From Mobula hypostoma (lineage: Eukaryota): a stretch of 64,000 bases of DNA. The position numbers and the translations under genes are program-made. The stretch lies in contig NC_086097.1 in NCBI RefSeq assembly GCF_963921235.1, forward strand, positions 84,012,001-84,076,000. The letters run 5' to 3'. The notes below the pieces were generated by a model, which searched no databases, was not told the DNA's origin, and saw nothing but the letters and a program-made list of their open reading frames with translations. Positions 50,240 to 62,916 of this stretch are shown one piece after another (position 1 is the stretch's first letter; each line of letters opens with the position of its first letter).

Positions 50240-53200
50240 AATGCTGAAAGGGAAGAACAAGATCAGAGCCATCAACACATTAGTCCTACCAGTCATCAGA
50301 TACCCAGCTGCAATATTATGTTGGCCAAGGAATGTACTGGAAGCTGCTGAGAACTACTAACAATACATAGAAGATTCCATCCAATGTCAAGCAGCTGTAC
50401 ACCTGCCAGAATAAAGGAAGAGGGGGACTTAGGAATGTCAGGGCCATAGTCCTGGAAGAAATATGAAACATCCCTGAGTATGTCAGGAAGATGGCCCCTA
50501 AGGACAACCTGCTAGGTGAACACCTCAGACAGCAGCACGGGGCATGGAAATGGAAGTGGGTGAAGCAGAGCCAGATGACCAGAGGCCATGTCAGGACAAG
50601 CCACTGTATGGGATGTACAATTGCCAGATATCGGAGGCGGCTGACACAAGAAAGTCTTACCAATGGCTGGAAATGCTCAGAACAGGAGCTGAGCACAAGA
50701 GCAATAGAAGCAGAGCTCTATCACACCAGACAAGTCGTAAGATGCAGACTGGTCAAAGAATCCGCTGAAACCTTCCAGCACATAGTAACAGGGCGCAAGA
50801 TGCAGGCAGGGACAGCATACACTGAATGACACAACCAAGTTGCAGGAATTGTGTACGGAAACCTCTGTGCTGAGTATGGATTGGACACTCCAAAGTCCAA
50901 ATGGGAAAAACCCGAGAAGGTAGTAAAGAATGACAGAGCTAAGATCCTGTGGGACTTCCAAATACAGACTGATAAGCAGGTACTGGGCAACCAACCAGAA
51001 ATAGTAATACAGGACAAGGAACAGAAGAAAACAATAGTATAGATGTGGCGATCCCACATTTATTCATGGGATAGTCATGGCGGATTTCAGCATGCAGGTC
51101 GATTGGGGAAAATCAGGTTGGAAATGGATCCCAAGAGAATAAGTTTGTTGAATGTTGACGAGATGGCTTTTTAGAGCAGTTTGTCGTTGAGCCTACTAGG
51201 GGATCAGCTATACTGCATTGGGTGCTATGTAATGAACCGGAGGTGATTAAGGAGCTTAAGGTAAAAGGATCCTTAGGAGGCAGTGATCACAGTATGATTG
51301 AGTTCAACTTGAAATTTGGTACGGAGAAAGTAAACTCTTTATGTAGCAGTCTTTCAGTAGAGTAAAGGAAATTACAGTGGTATGAGAGAGGAGTTGGCCA
51401 AAGTAAATTGGAAAGAGATGCTGGCAGGGATGACAGCAGAGCAGCCGTGCGAGTTTCTTGGAAAAATGAGGAAGGTGTAGGATAGATGTATTCCAAAAAC
51501 AATGAAATACTCAAATGGCAAAATAGTACAACCATGGCTGACAAGGGAACTCAAATCTAATGTAAAAGCAAAAGAGAGGGCATATAACAAAGCAAAGATT
51601 AGTGGGAAGATAGAGGATTGGGAAACAATCATTAGGAGGGAAAAGATGAAATATGAAAGCAAGCTAGCAAACAATATTAAAGTGGCTAATTAAAGCTTTT
51701 TCAATATGTAAAAAAATAAAAAATGAGAGTGGATATAGGACAGCTAGAAAATGAGACTGGAGAAAAAATAACAGGACAAGGAGATGGCAGGTAAACTTAA
51801 TGAGTATTTTTGCATCAGTCTTCACTGTGGAGGCCACTAGCAGTGTGCAGATGTTGAAGGGTGTGAGGGAAGAGAAGTGAGTGCAGTTACTATTACAAGG
51901 GAGAAGGTGCTCAAAAAGCTGAAAAACCTAAGGGTACCTAATGGCCAGATGAACTGCACCATAGGGTTCTGAAAGAGTTAGCGTTAGACATTGTGGAGGC
52001 ATGAGCAATGATCTTTCAAAAATCGTACTCTGGCATGGTGCTAGAAGACTGGAAAATTGCAAATGTCACTTCTGTCTTTAAGAAGGCAGCAGAGAGGAAA
52101 TTATAGACCAGTTAGCCTGACCTCACTGGTTGGGAAGATGTTGGAGTCGATTGTTAAGGATGAGGTTCTGAGTACTTGGTGACACAGGACCAGGTAGGAC
52201 AAAATCAGCGTGGTTTCCTTAAGGGAAAATCTTGCCTGACAAACCTGTTAGAATTCTTTGAGGAGATTACAAGTAGCACTGATAAAGAGGATGCAGTGGA
52301 TGTTGTATATTTGGACTTTAAGAAGGCTTTTGATAAGGTGCCACGCATGAGGCTGCTTACCCAGTTAAGAGCCCATGGTATTACAGGAAAGTTACTAACA
52401 TGGTTAGAGCATTGACTGATTGGTAGGAGGCAATGAGTGGGAATAAAAGGATCCTTTTCTGGTTAGCTGCCGGTGACTAGTGGTGTTCCGCAGGGGTTGG
52501 TGTTGGGACCACTTTTTTTTATGTTGTATATCAATGATTTAGATGATGGAATAGATGGCTTTGTTGCCAGATTTGCAGATGATACGAAGATTGGTGGAGG
52601 GGCAGGTAGTGTTGAAGAAACAGGCTGCAGAAGGACTCAGACATATTAAGAGAATGGGCAGAGAGTGAAAAATGAAATAACAGTGTTGGAAAATGCATGG
52701 TAATGCACTTTGGTAGTAGAAATAAATATGCAGATTATTTCTAAATGGGGAGAAAATCCAAAAACTGTGATGCAAAGGGACTTGGGAGTCCTTGTGCAGA
52801 ACAACCTAAAGGTTAACGTGCAGATAGAGTTGGTGGTGAGGAAGGCACTTGCAATGTTAGCATTCATTTCAAGAGGTATAGGATACAAGAGCAGTGATGT
52901 ACTGCTGAGGATTTATAAGACACTGGTAAGGCCTCCTCGAGTATTGTGAACAGTTTTGGGCTCCTCATCTGAGAAAAGATGTGCTGACATTGGAGAAAGT
53001 TCAAAGGAGGTTCACAAGATGATTCTGGGAATGAAAGGGTTATCTTACGAGGAACATTTGATAGCTCTGGGTCTGTACTTGCTGGAATTTAGGAGGATGA
53101 GGGGGTTCTCATTTGAAACCTTTTGAATGTTGAAAGACCTGGACAGTAGATGTGGAAAGGATATTTTCCATGGTGGGGGAGTCAAGGACAAGAGGGTACA

Positions 53201-53760
53201 GTCTCAGGATAGAGGGGCATGAATTTGTGAAATTTATTACCACAGGCTGCTGTGGAGACCAGGTCATTGGGGGTATTTAAGGCAGAGCTTGACAGGTTCT
53301 TGATTAGCTACAGCATCAAAGGTTATGGGGAGAAGGCTGAGCAGTGAGGCTGAAGAGGGGGATAAAGGATCAGCCATGATTAAATGGCAGAGCAGACTCG
53401 ATGGGCCAAATGGCCTAATTCTGCTCCTGTGTCTTATGATCTAATCCTGAATGACAGTAACATCAGGAAGAAAGAATATGAGAAACTGGAGAAATACCAG
53501 GGCTTGTAATAGCAGACAGAAAGGATGTGGAAGGTTAAAGCCAGAGTGATCCCACAGTTGATACGAGTACTTGAAACTGTGACACATGGACTGGGAGAGT
53601 GGCTCCAACAAATCCCAGGAACAACATCTGAGATCCAGGTCCAGAAGAATGCACTACTAAGAGCAGCAAGGATACTGCACCCAAACCCTCAAGCTCCCGG
53701 GCCTCTGATGGAAGACCGGAGATTGAGGGAAAAATACACATGCACGCCTCCCTTAAAGGG
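50240..53760 (+). mobile_element. R4/Dong(Rex6)-like non-LTR element with restriction-like endonuclease, split by a CR1 at ~51060-53443
   Basis: GKNKIRAINTLVLPVIRYP; CRLVKESAETFQHIVTG; HNQVAGIVY; KILWDFQIQTDKQVLGNQPEIV...DVAIP. It resumes at ~53445 with NDSNIRKKEYEKLEKYQGL...WLQQIPGTTSEIQVQKNALL. Confidence 0.75.
51060..53443 (+). mobile_element. Degenerate CR1 LINE nested in the R4-like element
   Basis: GFLKGKSCLTNLLEFFE, YLDFKKAFDKVP, FADDTK and RDLGVLV motifs, plus a 3' tail. Confidence 0.88.
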
Positions 53761-54237
53761 TGGGTGGAATCAAATACATAAACAGAATATCAATATAAAG
53801 GCTTAGCATTGGCTACATCAAGTTTCAGTGCATCCTGTAGCCTGGACTGTGCCAGACTGCAGCATTCCCTTACTGGCATCTTGCCAATGAGTTTCAGGCA
53901 GACCAAAGGCTCAGTTAAAGACCTTCCAATAGTACCTGATATGTTGCTGGGAACAGTCCACAGATCGGAGAGGCCTCTGTTATGTAGTTACTGGGGATGA
54001 ACTAGGATAATATCCTATTTACAAATCTGTAGTCTGCAGAGTTGAGTGAGATCTGTTCCCGACTGTAGTTATCCTAAGAACATAAATAGAAGCATGGAGT
54101 ACATATACAAAGAAGTCTTGACGAACTGGAGTAAGTGCATTTGGAGTATTATGTCTAGCTTTGGGTGCCACACTTCAAAGATGTGTGGTCTTCAGACAAA
54201 GTTAAAAAAAATTAAACAAAATGATTTCACTAAGAAA

Positions 54238-55990
54238 GAAAACAAACAGAAAATCTGCAGATGCTGGAAATCTGAGCAACACACAGAAAATGCTGGATGA
54301 ACTTATCAGGCCAGGCAGAATCTATGGGGAAAAAAGTACAGTCGATGTTTCAGGCAGGACTGGAGAAAAGCAGCTGAGTAAATTTGAAAGGTGGGAGGAG
54401 GGAAGAGAGAAACGCCAAGTGAAGAGTGAAACTTGGAGGGGGATGGATGAAGCAAAGAGCTGGGAAGTTGATTGGTAAAAGAGATAGAAGGCCATGGAAG
54501 AAAGAAGGAAGGAGGTGGGGGGGGGAGCACCAGAGGGTGGCGATGGGTGGGCAAGGAGGTAACATAGGAGAGAGACAAGGGGATGGCAAATGGTGAAGGG
54601 AAGTGAATGGCCACTGGGAGATCCCACTTGTTCTGGCGGACGGAACTTAGATGCTCGGCGAAGCGGTCTCCCAATCTACGTCGGGTCTTGGATGGTGGAG
54701 GAAGGGAAGCCTCTTTCTTTGAAAAAAGGAGGACATCTCCTTCGTTCTAGAATGAAAAGCCTCATCCTGAGAGCAGATGCGGCAGAGATGGAGGAATTGA
54801 GAGAAGTGGATGGTGTTTTACAAGTAGCAGGGTGGGACAAGGTATAATCCAGGTAGCTGTGAGAGTCCGTTGGTTTATAATAGATGGCGGTGGATAAGCT
54901 GTCTCCGGAGATAGAGACAGTGAGAGTGAGAAAGGGAAGCTACTTGTAACTTTCCTTCTTCCACCATCAATGCTGCCCTCAACTTCATCTCTTCCATTTC
55001 ATGCATGTCTGCTCTTACCCCATCCTCCTGCCATTCTACCAGGGATAGGGTTCCTCCTGTCCTCACCTACCATCCCCACCAGCCTCCGCGTCTCAGCACA
55101 TAATCATCTGAAATTTCTGCCACTTCTAACTGAATCCCACCACCAAACACCTCTTTCCCTCACCCCCCCCCCCACTTGCTGCTTTCTGCAGGGATTGCTC
55201 CCTGTGTGACTCCCTTGTCCATTTGTCCCTTCTCACTGATCTTCCTCCTGGCAGTTATCCTTGCAAGCGGAACAAGTACTTTACCTGCCCCTATACCTCC
55301 TCCCTCACTACTATTCAGGGCCCTGAGCAGTCCTTCCAGGTGAGGTGATACTTCATCTGTGAGTCTTTTGGGGTTGTATATTGTGTTCGGTGCTCCCAGT
55401 GTGGCCTCTTGTATATCGGTGAGACCTGACATAGATTGGGAGACTGCTTCACCGAGCATATATGCTCCGTCGGCCAGAACAAGCGGGATCTCCCAGTGGC
55501 CACCCATTTTAATTCCACTTCCCAATCCCATTTTGATATGTCCATCTATGGCCTCCTCCACTATCGGAATAAGGACACACTTAAGGTGGAACATTTTGTA
55601 TTCCGTTTGGGTAGTCTCCAACCTGATGGCATGAACATAGATTTTTCAAACTTCCAGTAATGCCTTCACCATTTCCCATCCTCTTGTCCCTCTCTCATGT
55701 TACCTCCTTGTCCATCCATCACCTCCCTCTAGTGCTCTTCCCCCTCCTTCTTTCTTCCTTGTCCTTCTGTCTCTTTCACCAATCAACTTGCTAGCTCTTT
55801 GCTTCATCCCTTCCCCTCAAGTTTCACCTATCGCCTGGCATTTCTCTCTTCCCTCCCCCCACCTTTCAAATCTATCTCCTCAGCTGCTTTCCTCCAGTCC
55901 TGCCGAAGGGTTTCAGCCTGAAATGTCGACTGTACATTTTTCCATAGATGCTGCCTGGCCTGCTGAGTTCCTGCAGCATTTTGTGTCATT
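54238..55990. mobile_element. Penelope-like element fragments in inverted arrangement (minus ~54238-54945; plus ~54950-55990)
   Basis: The plus arm has a GIY-YIG domain (VVYCVRCSQCGLLYIGET), RLGSLQPDGMNIDFSNFQ* and the terminal repeat. The minus arm is the reverse complement of overlapping parts (GDRFAEHL...DLPVA). Confidence 0.85.
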
Positions 55991-56658
55991 TAAAAAAGAA
56001 CTTCACTTAAAGTGGAATGTGTAGATTGTAAATTCTGAGAGTTATTTTAGGATGGTATAGGATACAGCCAGGAGTTGGACGGTTCCCATTGGTGAAGCGG
56101 TCAAGAAACTGGGGGCCACAAAACAAAACTGTACTAAAGAACCAAAGTGAAATAGTGGGAAAAGCATACAGTGAGTGGTTATGGTCTGAAACACATTGCC
56201 ATTGTAGTGTTCAAAGGGGATCTGGATAAACATCTGAAAGGAAAGAATTTATAGAGTTGGGAGAGGGTCAGTGTTTGGGATAAACCAGATTGCTCTTGCT
56301 CAGAGCTGAAGGCTTTGGAGCTAAAAACCTGTTAACTATTGTATCACCCTTCTATAATTCTGTGAGCTTGTAGTACCTCGCTGTATTGTGTGTTGGATTT
56401 TTATTAAGATTTATAAAATAGAATAGCTTTTGAATATTGATTAACTTGGAGACAACAGGATTCTTTGGCTAGAGTGATTAAATATGTATATTTTAGTTTA
56501 AGCAGTTAACACTTGGGTAGATCGATACCAATTTAGGAACATACTAGTCAATGTTAACTGGATAAAACGTAAACCTTTTGCAGGCCTGTATCTAAACTGA
56601 GTTGTTGTAAGATAGTATTTTTGCTTTGACCGTTCAAGTGTACACTGCTTTTTTTCAG

Positions 56659-56902
56659 GTCTCGTAGTAGGTCTCGTTCTCGTAGTCGAAGTTCTTCCAG
56701 ATCTCACTCCAGGGGCCGCAAGTCCTATAGTCGTTCCAGGAGCAGGAGCCGGAGCAGGAGTAGGAGCCGCAGCCGCAGCAGGTCCCATTCTGATAGTAGA
56801 TCACCTGCTCCTGCTAAGGAGCAGGGAGGTCATTTGTCAATGACCTCTGGAGACCATGAAAGGTCACGTACACGATCACCTTCTGTTGAGAGTACAGATT
56901 AA
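56659..56902 (+). CDS. SRSF5: SRSF5-like terminal coding exon (RS domain)
   Basis: SRSRSRSRSRSSSRSHSRGRKSYSRSRSRS...RSRTRSPSVESTD*; TTTTTTTCAG acceptor; TAA at 56900-02. The joined CDS is 786 nt with no internal stop. Confidence 0.95.
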
Positions 56903-57099
56903 GCTTGTTGATGTGGATCTGAATGGGTGAAAGTTGATGCAAAGAAAAAGTCTAAAAAATGCACATCTTAAATTTGTTAACTGAAGTTGTTACATTTAAT
57001 GAGCTGCATTCATTTAACTTGTCACTTACAGAAGAAAATTACTCATTTACTTTTTAGATTTCTCTGGCAATGGATCCAATTCCTTTTTTTACTTTTGGT

Positions 57100-57195
57100 A
57101 TTAAATGTAATATGTAAATTACATTTTTCTTACGTACTCCTTTTAAATAAAGAATGTACATAGTTACTGAGGGTTTTGTGCATCTCGTGTTTCCG
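57100..57195 (+). terminator. Polyadenylation signal of the SRSF5-like gene
   Basis: AATAAA at 57146-57151 (also ATTAAA at 57100), upstream TGTA motifs, and a downstream GT-rich element at ~57171-57192. Confidence 0.75.
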
Positions 57196-57734
57196 AACTT
57201 TTTATTAGGGATACAAATCTCTCTCATTGGTACTGTTTATTTGATTATAAAATGGACAGTGTCAGATCCAAAAGCAAGGATAATCTGAAACAAAGTGGCC
57301 AGTACTGGAAATTTTACAATTTTAACTCTCCCTAGTTGAAGAATAGGGTTCATAGGTCACACTTTGCATCTGTTGAGTGACTTGCTATGTATTTAAAAGT
57401 TCTGTACCAAGTTTGTCTGAAAATCACTTTAGTATATGTGGCCTGCACACTGCCACTGCTATCTACATTCAGTGCTATGATTTGGATTTTTAATTTATGT
57501 AGGTTATAACTGATATTCTAAACCTCTTAATGCCCGGCTTTCTTACTTCAAACATACAACATCTGCAGTATTTTGCTTTTGCTGTACCAAGGTTTAGAGC
57601 TATCAGATTGCAGAAACACCAATCAAGCCTGCTACTGTGCACTTAGCTCAATTAATGCAGCAGGATTTGATCATACTTGTCTATATGTCTTATTATTTCA
57701 GCTGTTCCACATTAGTAACAGCATTATAGTTTTC

Positions 57735-59010
57735 CTATAACTCAGGCCCTAAAGTCCCTGTAGCATTCTTTGCATTTTTCTCTGCATGCTTTCAAGCTTA
57801 TTGATAGCTCTCCTGTAGGTAGGTGACCACAACTGCACACAGTACTCCAAATGTGGCCTCTCCATACAACTTCACCATTACATCCCAACTTCTGTACTCT
57901 ATACTCTGATTTATGAAGGCCAGTATGCTAAAAGCTTTCTTTATGACCCTATCTACCTGTGACACCACTTAAAGGAATTAGGATCTGTATTCCCAGATCC
58001 CTCTGTTCTGCTGCCCTGTTCAGTGCCCTACTATTCACTAGTTCTACCCTGGTTTGTCCTCCCAAAGTGCAATATTTCATTCTGCATTAAATTCCATCTG
58101 CCAGTTCTTCAGCTGGTCCAGATCCCACTGCAAACTTGGATAGACTTCCTCCTCGTCTGCAATTGCTGCCAATCTTGGTGTCATTTGCAAATTTGCTGAT
58201 CTAATTTACCACATTATTATCCAAATCATTAGCATAAATGACAAACAACTGACGCAGCACCAATCCATTATCCCAGGCCTCTAGTCAGGGGCAACAATGT
58301 ACTACCTGTCTGGCTTCTGCTGTTAATTCAAGGTCTGATCCATTATCATCTAAATCACTAATGTAGTTGATAAACAACAACAAACTTAGCACCAGCCAGA
58401 TGCAACCATCTACTTAAATTCTCTGGCTTCACCAGCTAGGATTATGTTGAATCTAATTGACTACTTCATCCCGAATGTTAAGTGAACTAACCTGAACCAG
58501 CCTCCCACATGAAATGCCTTGCTGAAGACAGTATAGACAACATAAACAAAATTTTCTTCTTGATAACCTTAAAAAACTGAGCTGGGTTAGACATGACCTA
58601 CTATGCGTAAAGCCATATTGACTCCTTTCTATCCTAATGCCCTGTCCCTTAGAATTCCTTCCAATGATTTACCCACAAATCATGTCAGGCTCACTGGCCT
58701 ATAAATTCCCATCTTATTCTTGAAACCCTTGAACAACAGAATCTGTCGGGGCCCTTAAGGTACAAGGGGACACCATATTAAGTCCTGGGGATTTATGCAT
58801 CCTAATTTGCCTCTGGACTGCAAGCACATCCTCCTCTGCAATCTGGATATAATCCATGACTTCACTATTTGGCCTCATTTTTATGGACCCTGTGTAAATA
58901 CAGATGCAAAATACTAATTTAAGATCTCCCAGTTCTCCTTTCTGCTCCATCCATAGATACCCTACTGATCTTCAAGAGGACCAATTGCCATCCTTTTGCT
59001 CTTTCAAGAT
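57735..59010 (-). mobile_element. Degenerate CR1 LINE
   Basis: Decayed minus-strand CR1 RT region (SKFANDTKIG-like; KSPGL). Confidence 0.65.
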
Positions 59011-60232
59011 GGCACTGGCAATACATAGAGACATATTGTAGGCAGCTCTCAAAACTGAATGTATGTGCATGGTTGGCATAGTCTTAACTAAGAGACTCAT
59101 GGATGAGTACATCCCCACAAAATCTTTCCGCCTTCCCCAACCAGAAGCCCTGGACGAACCAAGAGATCCATAATTTGCTGAGGGCTTGATCAATAGTGTT
59201 CAGGTCTGGCAACTAAGAAAAATACAATGGTCAAGGTAAGACCTCTAGAAAGCAATCTCACATGCTAAGTGACAATTCTGGACCAAATTTGAATCACAGA
59301 AGGATGCTCAACAGCTGCGGTAGGGCACTTCCTACAAAGCAAAACCAAGCGTTGTACTGTATATGGCGCAGGATTTTGCTCCCAGATGAGCTCAATGCCT
59401 TTATGATTACTTTGCCCAACAGAACATGGAGACACTTTCGTGAACCCCCACAGCCCCCAATAACCCTAGTCTTTGAGGCCAACATAAAAGCATCCTTAAG
59501 GAAGGTGAACCCATGGAAAGCATCTGGCCCAGACAATGTACATAGCCAAGTACAGAAGACCTGTGCTACTCCACTAGATTGGATATCCGTCATGCTCAAC
59601 AATGACAGAACTGTGCGGGAGAGTCATTGCATTGGGACAATTCCACTCTCTCGACCTCAGAAGTCCAGGTCCAGCAATACAAGTAGTCATCACAAATGGG
59701 GCTCTTCCTTGGTTGCAGTGGATGACCATGACTTTTTCTGTGCCATGTCATGCCCTTCTCTCTCCACAAAGTGTTGCAAAATTGCCTTCCTGGCCGTTGG
59801 ATAGTACTGCCACCCAGTCCACCAGAACTGTCTTCAGATGCTATGACAGGCATGTTCCTATCTCTCCAGGGTACAAGACCTGCCAGCTACCCTCACCTAG
59901 TTTAGCCCGCCTAATGAAGTGGAGTACTGGGGTGTGGCCGTTGTCACATGCAAACAGCTACTTGGAGCCACAGGTGAGAGCTGAGTGTCCGGTGGAGCCA
60001 AAAGGAGACTAGTAGTATCATGGCCTGGAATGGAAACACCAATCCCCAAGAACATAAAAGACTACAAAAAAAAGGTAGTTACAGCCAAAACATCACAGGA
60101 AAAGCCCTCCCCACCACTCAGCACATCTACAAGGAACACCACCATAAGAAAGCAGCATCTATCAAGGGCCCTCAGCATCCAGGCCATGCTCTCTTCTTGC
60201 TGCTGCCATCAGGAAAGTGGTAAAGGAGCCTT

Positions 60233-62350
60233 TTGAACGCACTGCCCTCCACTCTCTCCGCAGTAATCCCAACCTCACCATCAAACCTGCTGACAAAGGT
60301 GGTGCCGTAGTAGTCTGGCGGACGGACCTCTACCTCACTGAGGCCAAACGGCAGCTCTCTGACACTTCCTCTTACTTACCCCTGGAACAGGACCCCATCA
60401 AAAAATATCAAACCATTGTCTCCCGCACCATCACCGCCTTTATCAACTCTGGAGACCTTACATCCTTAGCCGCTAAACTCATTATTCCCACACCCCATAC
60501 CGCTCGGTTTTACCTCCTCCAAAAGATACACAAGCCTGACTGTCCCGGTAGACCCATAGTTTCTGCCTTCTCCTGTCTCACCGAACTTGTATCTGCCTAC
60601 CTGGACTCCATTTTGTCACCCATAGTTCAGTCCCTCTCCACCTACATCCGAGATACATCCCATGCCCTCCACCTCTTCCATAACTTCCAATTCCCCGATC
60701 CCAACCACTTCATTTTTACTGTGGATGTCCAATCCTTATACACCTCCGCTACTTCCTGGATAATAGACCTCACCAGTTCCCCATCACCACTACCCTCCTC
60801 CGGTTGGCGGAACTGGTTCTCACACTTAATGACTTCTCCTTTGGCTCTTCCCACTTTCTTCAGACTAAGGGTGTAGCTATGGGAACTCGCATGGGACCCA
60901 GCTACGCCTGCCTCTTCATTGGCTATGTGGAACAGTCTGTGCTCGAAACCTATTCTGGTACTGCTCCCCAACTTTTCCTTCGGTACATTGACGACTACAT
61001 TGGTGCTGCTTCCTGCACCCATGCTGAGCTCATCAATTTCATCGACTTTACTTCAAACTTCCACCCAGCCCTCACATTCACTTGGTCTATCTCAGATACT
61101 TCTCTCCCCTTTCTCGATGTCTCGGTCTCCATCTCTGGAGACAGACTGTCCACTGACATCTTCTACAAGCCCACTGACTCTCATAACTACCTCGAATATA
61201 CCTCTTCCCACCCCACCACATGCAAAAATGCCATTCCCTATTCCCAGTTCCTCTGTCTCCGCCGCATCTGCTCCGAGGATGAGGCTTTCCATTCCAGGAC
61301 ATCTCAAATGTCCTCTTTCTTTAAGGATAGTGGTTTCCCTTCTACTGTCATCAATGATGCCCTCACCCTGATCTCCTCCATTTCTCACACTTCGGCCCTC
61401 ACCCCATCCTCCTGCAACCACAACAGGGACAGAGTTCCCCTTGTCCTTACCTACCACCCTATTAGCCTCCGGATCCAGCACATTATCCTCCGCAACTTCC
61501 GCAACCTTCAACAGGACCCAATCACTAGGCATATCTTTCCCTCTCCAACCCTCTCCGCTTTCCGCAGGGATCGGTCCCTCCGCGTCTCCCTTATCCACAC
61601 GTCCCTCCCCACGGATCTTCCACCCGGCCCTTATCCCTGTAAGCATAAGTGCTACACCTGTCCCTACACCTCATCTCTTGCCACCATTCAGGGCCCCAAA
61701 CAGTTCTCCCAGGTGAGACAACACTTCACTTGTGAGTCTGTTGGGGTCATCTATTGCATCCGGTGCTCCCGGTGTGGCCTCCTCTACATCAGTGAAACCC
61801 AATGCAGATTGGGGGATAGCTTCGTCGAGCACCTCCACTCCGTCTGCCAGAATAGACAGGATCTCCCGGTAGCCACCCACTTCAACTCTGCTTCCCACTC
61901 TCATTCAGATATGTCCATACACGGCCTCCTCTACTGCCATGATGGGGCTAAACTCAGGTTGGAGGAGCAACACCTCATATACCGTCTAGGTAGTCTCCAG
62001 CCCCTTGGTATGAACATAGAATTCTCCAACTTCTGGTAACTCTCTCCTCCTCTCTTCCTCTATCCCTATTTCACTCTGCCCCCTCCCCCAGCTGCCTATC
62101 TCCTCCCTCATGGTTCCGCCTCCTTCTTCTACTACCCATTGTTTTCCTGCCTATGACATCCCTGCTTCCCCTCCCCCACCCCTTTGTCTTTCAAATTACT
62201 GGTCTTTCAACTGAACCTACAAGCATTCTTCAAATCCTTCCCCCTCCTTCTTTGTTCAGTCCTGACGAAGGGTTCTGGCCTGAAATGTCGACTCATCGTT
62301 TCCACTGATGCTGCCCGACCTGCTGAGTTCCTCCAGCGTGTTGTGAGTGT
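60233..62350 (+). mobile_element. Penelope-like element (Neptune-type): RT + GIY-YIG endonuclease, one frameshifting deletion
   Basis: IKPADKGGAVVV, PGRPIVS, DVQSLYTS, GVAMGTRMGPSYA, RYIDD, Cys linker CKHKCYTC and VIYCIRCSRCGLLYISET; near-perfect 12-bp flanking repeat TA(A/C)AGGAGCCTT (60221-32, 62351-62). Confidence 0.93.
62258..62293 (+). ncRNA. Minimal type I hammerhead ribozyme motif in the Penelope terminal repeat
   Basis: AGTC (stem I) - CTGACGA core - AGGG TTCTGG CCT (stem II) - GAAA - T GTC (cleavage triplet) - GACT (stem I'). Confidence 0.7.
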
Positions 62351-62916
62351 TACAGGAGCCTTATATCTCACACCAACAGGCACAGGAACAGTTATTAATC
62401 ATCAGGCTCCTGAACCAGCATGGATAACTTCACTTACCTCAACAATGAACTGCTTCCTCAACTGATCAATTCACTTTCAAGAACTCCACATCTCATGTTC
62501 TTAGTCTTATTTACCCATTTATTTATTTAGTATTTTCACAGTTCATCTTTTTTTGCACTTTGGGTTGTCAATCTGTGTTTGTGAGTAGTTTTTCATTGAG
62601 AATCTATTATATTGCTTTGTTCTGTGAATGCCTGCAAGAAATTGCATCTCAGGGTTGTATAGGTTACATATATGTAACTTTGATAATATATTTACTTTGA
62701 ACTTTGAACTTTATAGAAACCCTTGGGATTCTCTTTCACCTTGTCTGCCACAGTAACCTCATGTCCTCTTCTTGCCCGCTTGATTTATTTCTTCAATTTC
62801 CTCTTGATCTTCTTATACACTTCAATCACCTCATTTGATCCTATCTATCTATACTTTAAATGGGCCTTCTTTTTCTTCACCAGGGTCTCAATATCCACCA
62901 ATAAACAAAGTTCACT

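Larger units (their letters stand above)
59030..62710 (+). mobile_element. Degenerate Rex1-type LINE hosting a ~430-bp insertion (~59580-60010, possibly RTE-derived) and the Penelope element
   Basis: LPDELNAF...KVNPWKASGPDNV; HPGHALFLLLPSG at ~60175-60215. The sequence resumes after 62350 with a Rex1 3' tail. Confidence 0.65.

Noticed and set aside
32095..56658. Intronic snoRNAs in the SRSF5-like gene
   Set aside because: By eye I found no convincing C/D box pair with terminal stem or H/ACA structure; an Infernal/Rfam scan would be needed to exclude them.
56498..56788. Minus-strand ORF 'MGPAAAAAPTPAPAPAP...'
   Set aside because: Antisense shadow of the RS-domain exon.
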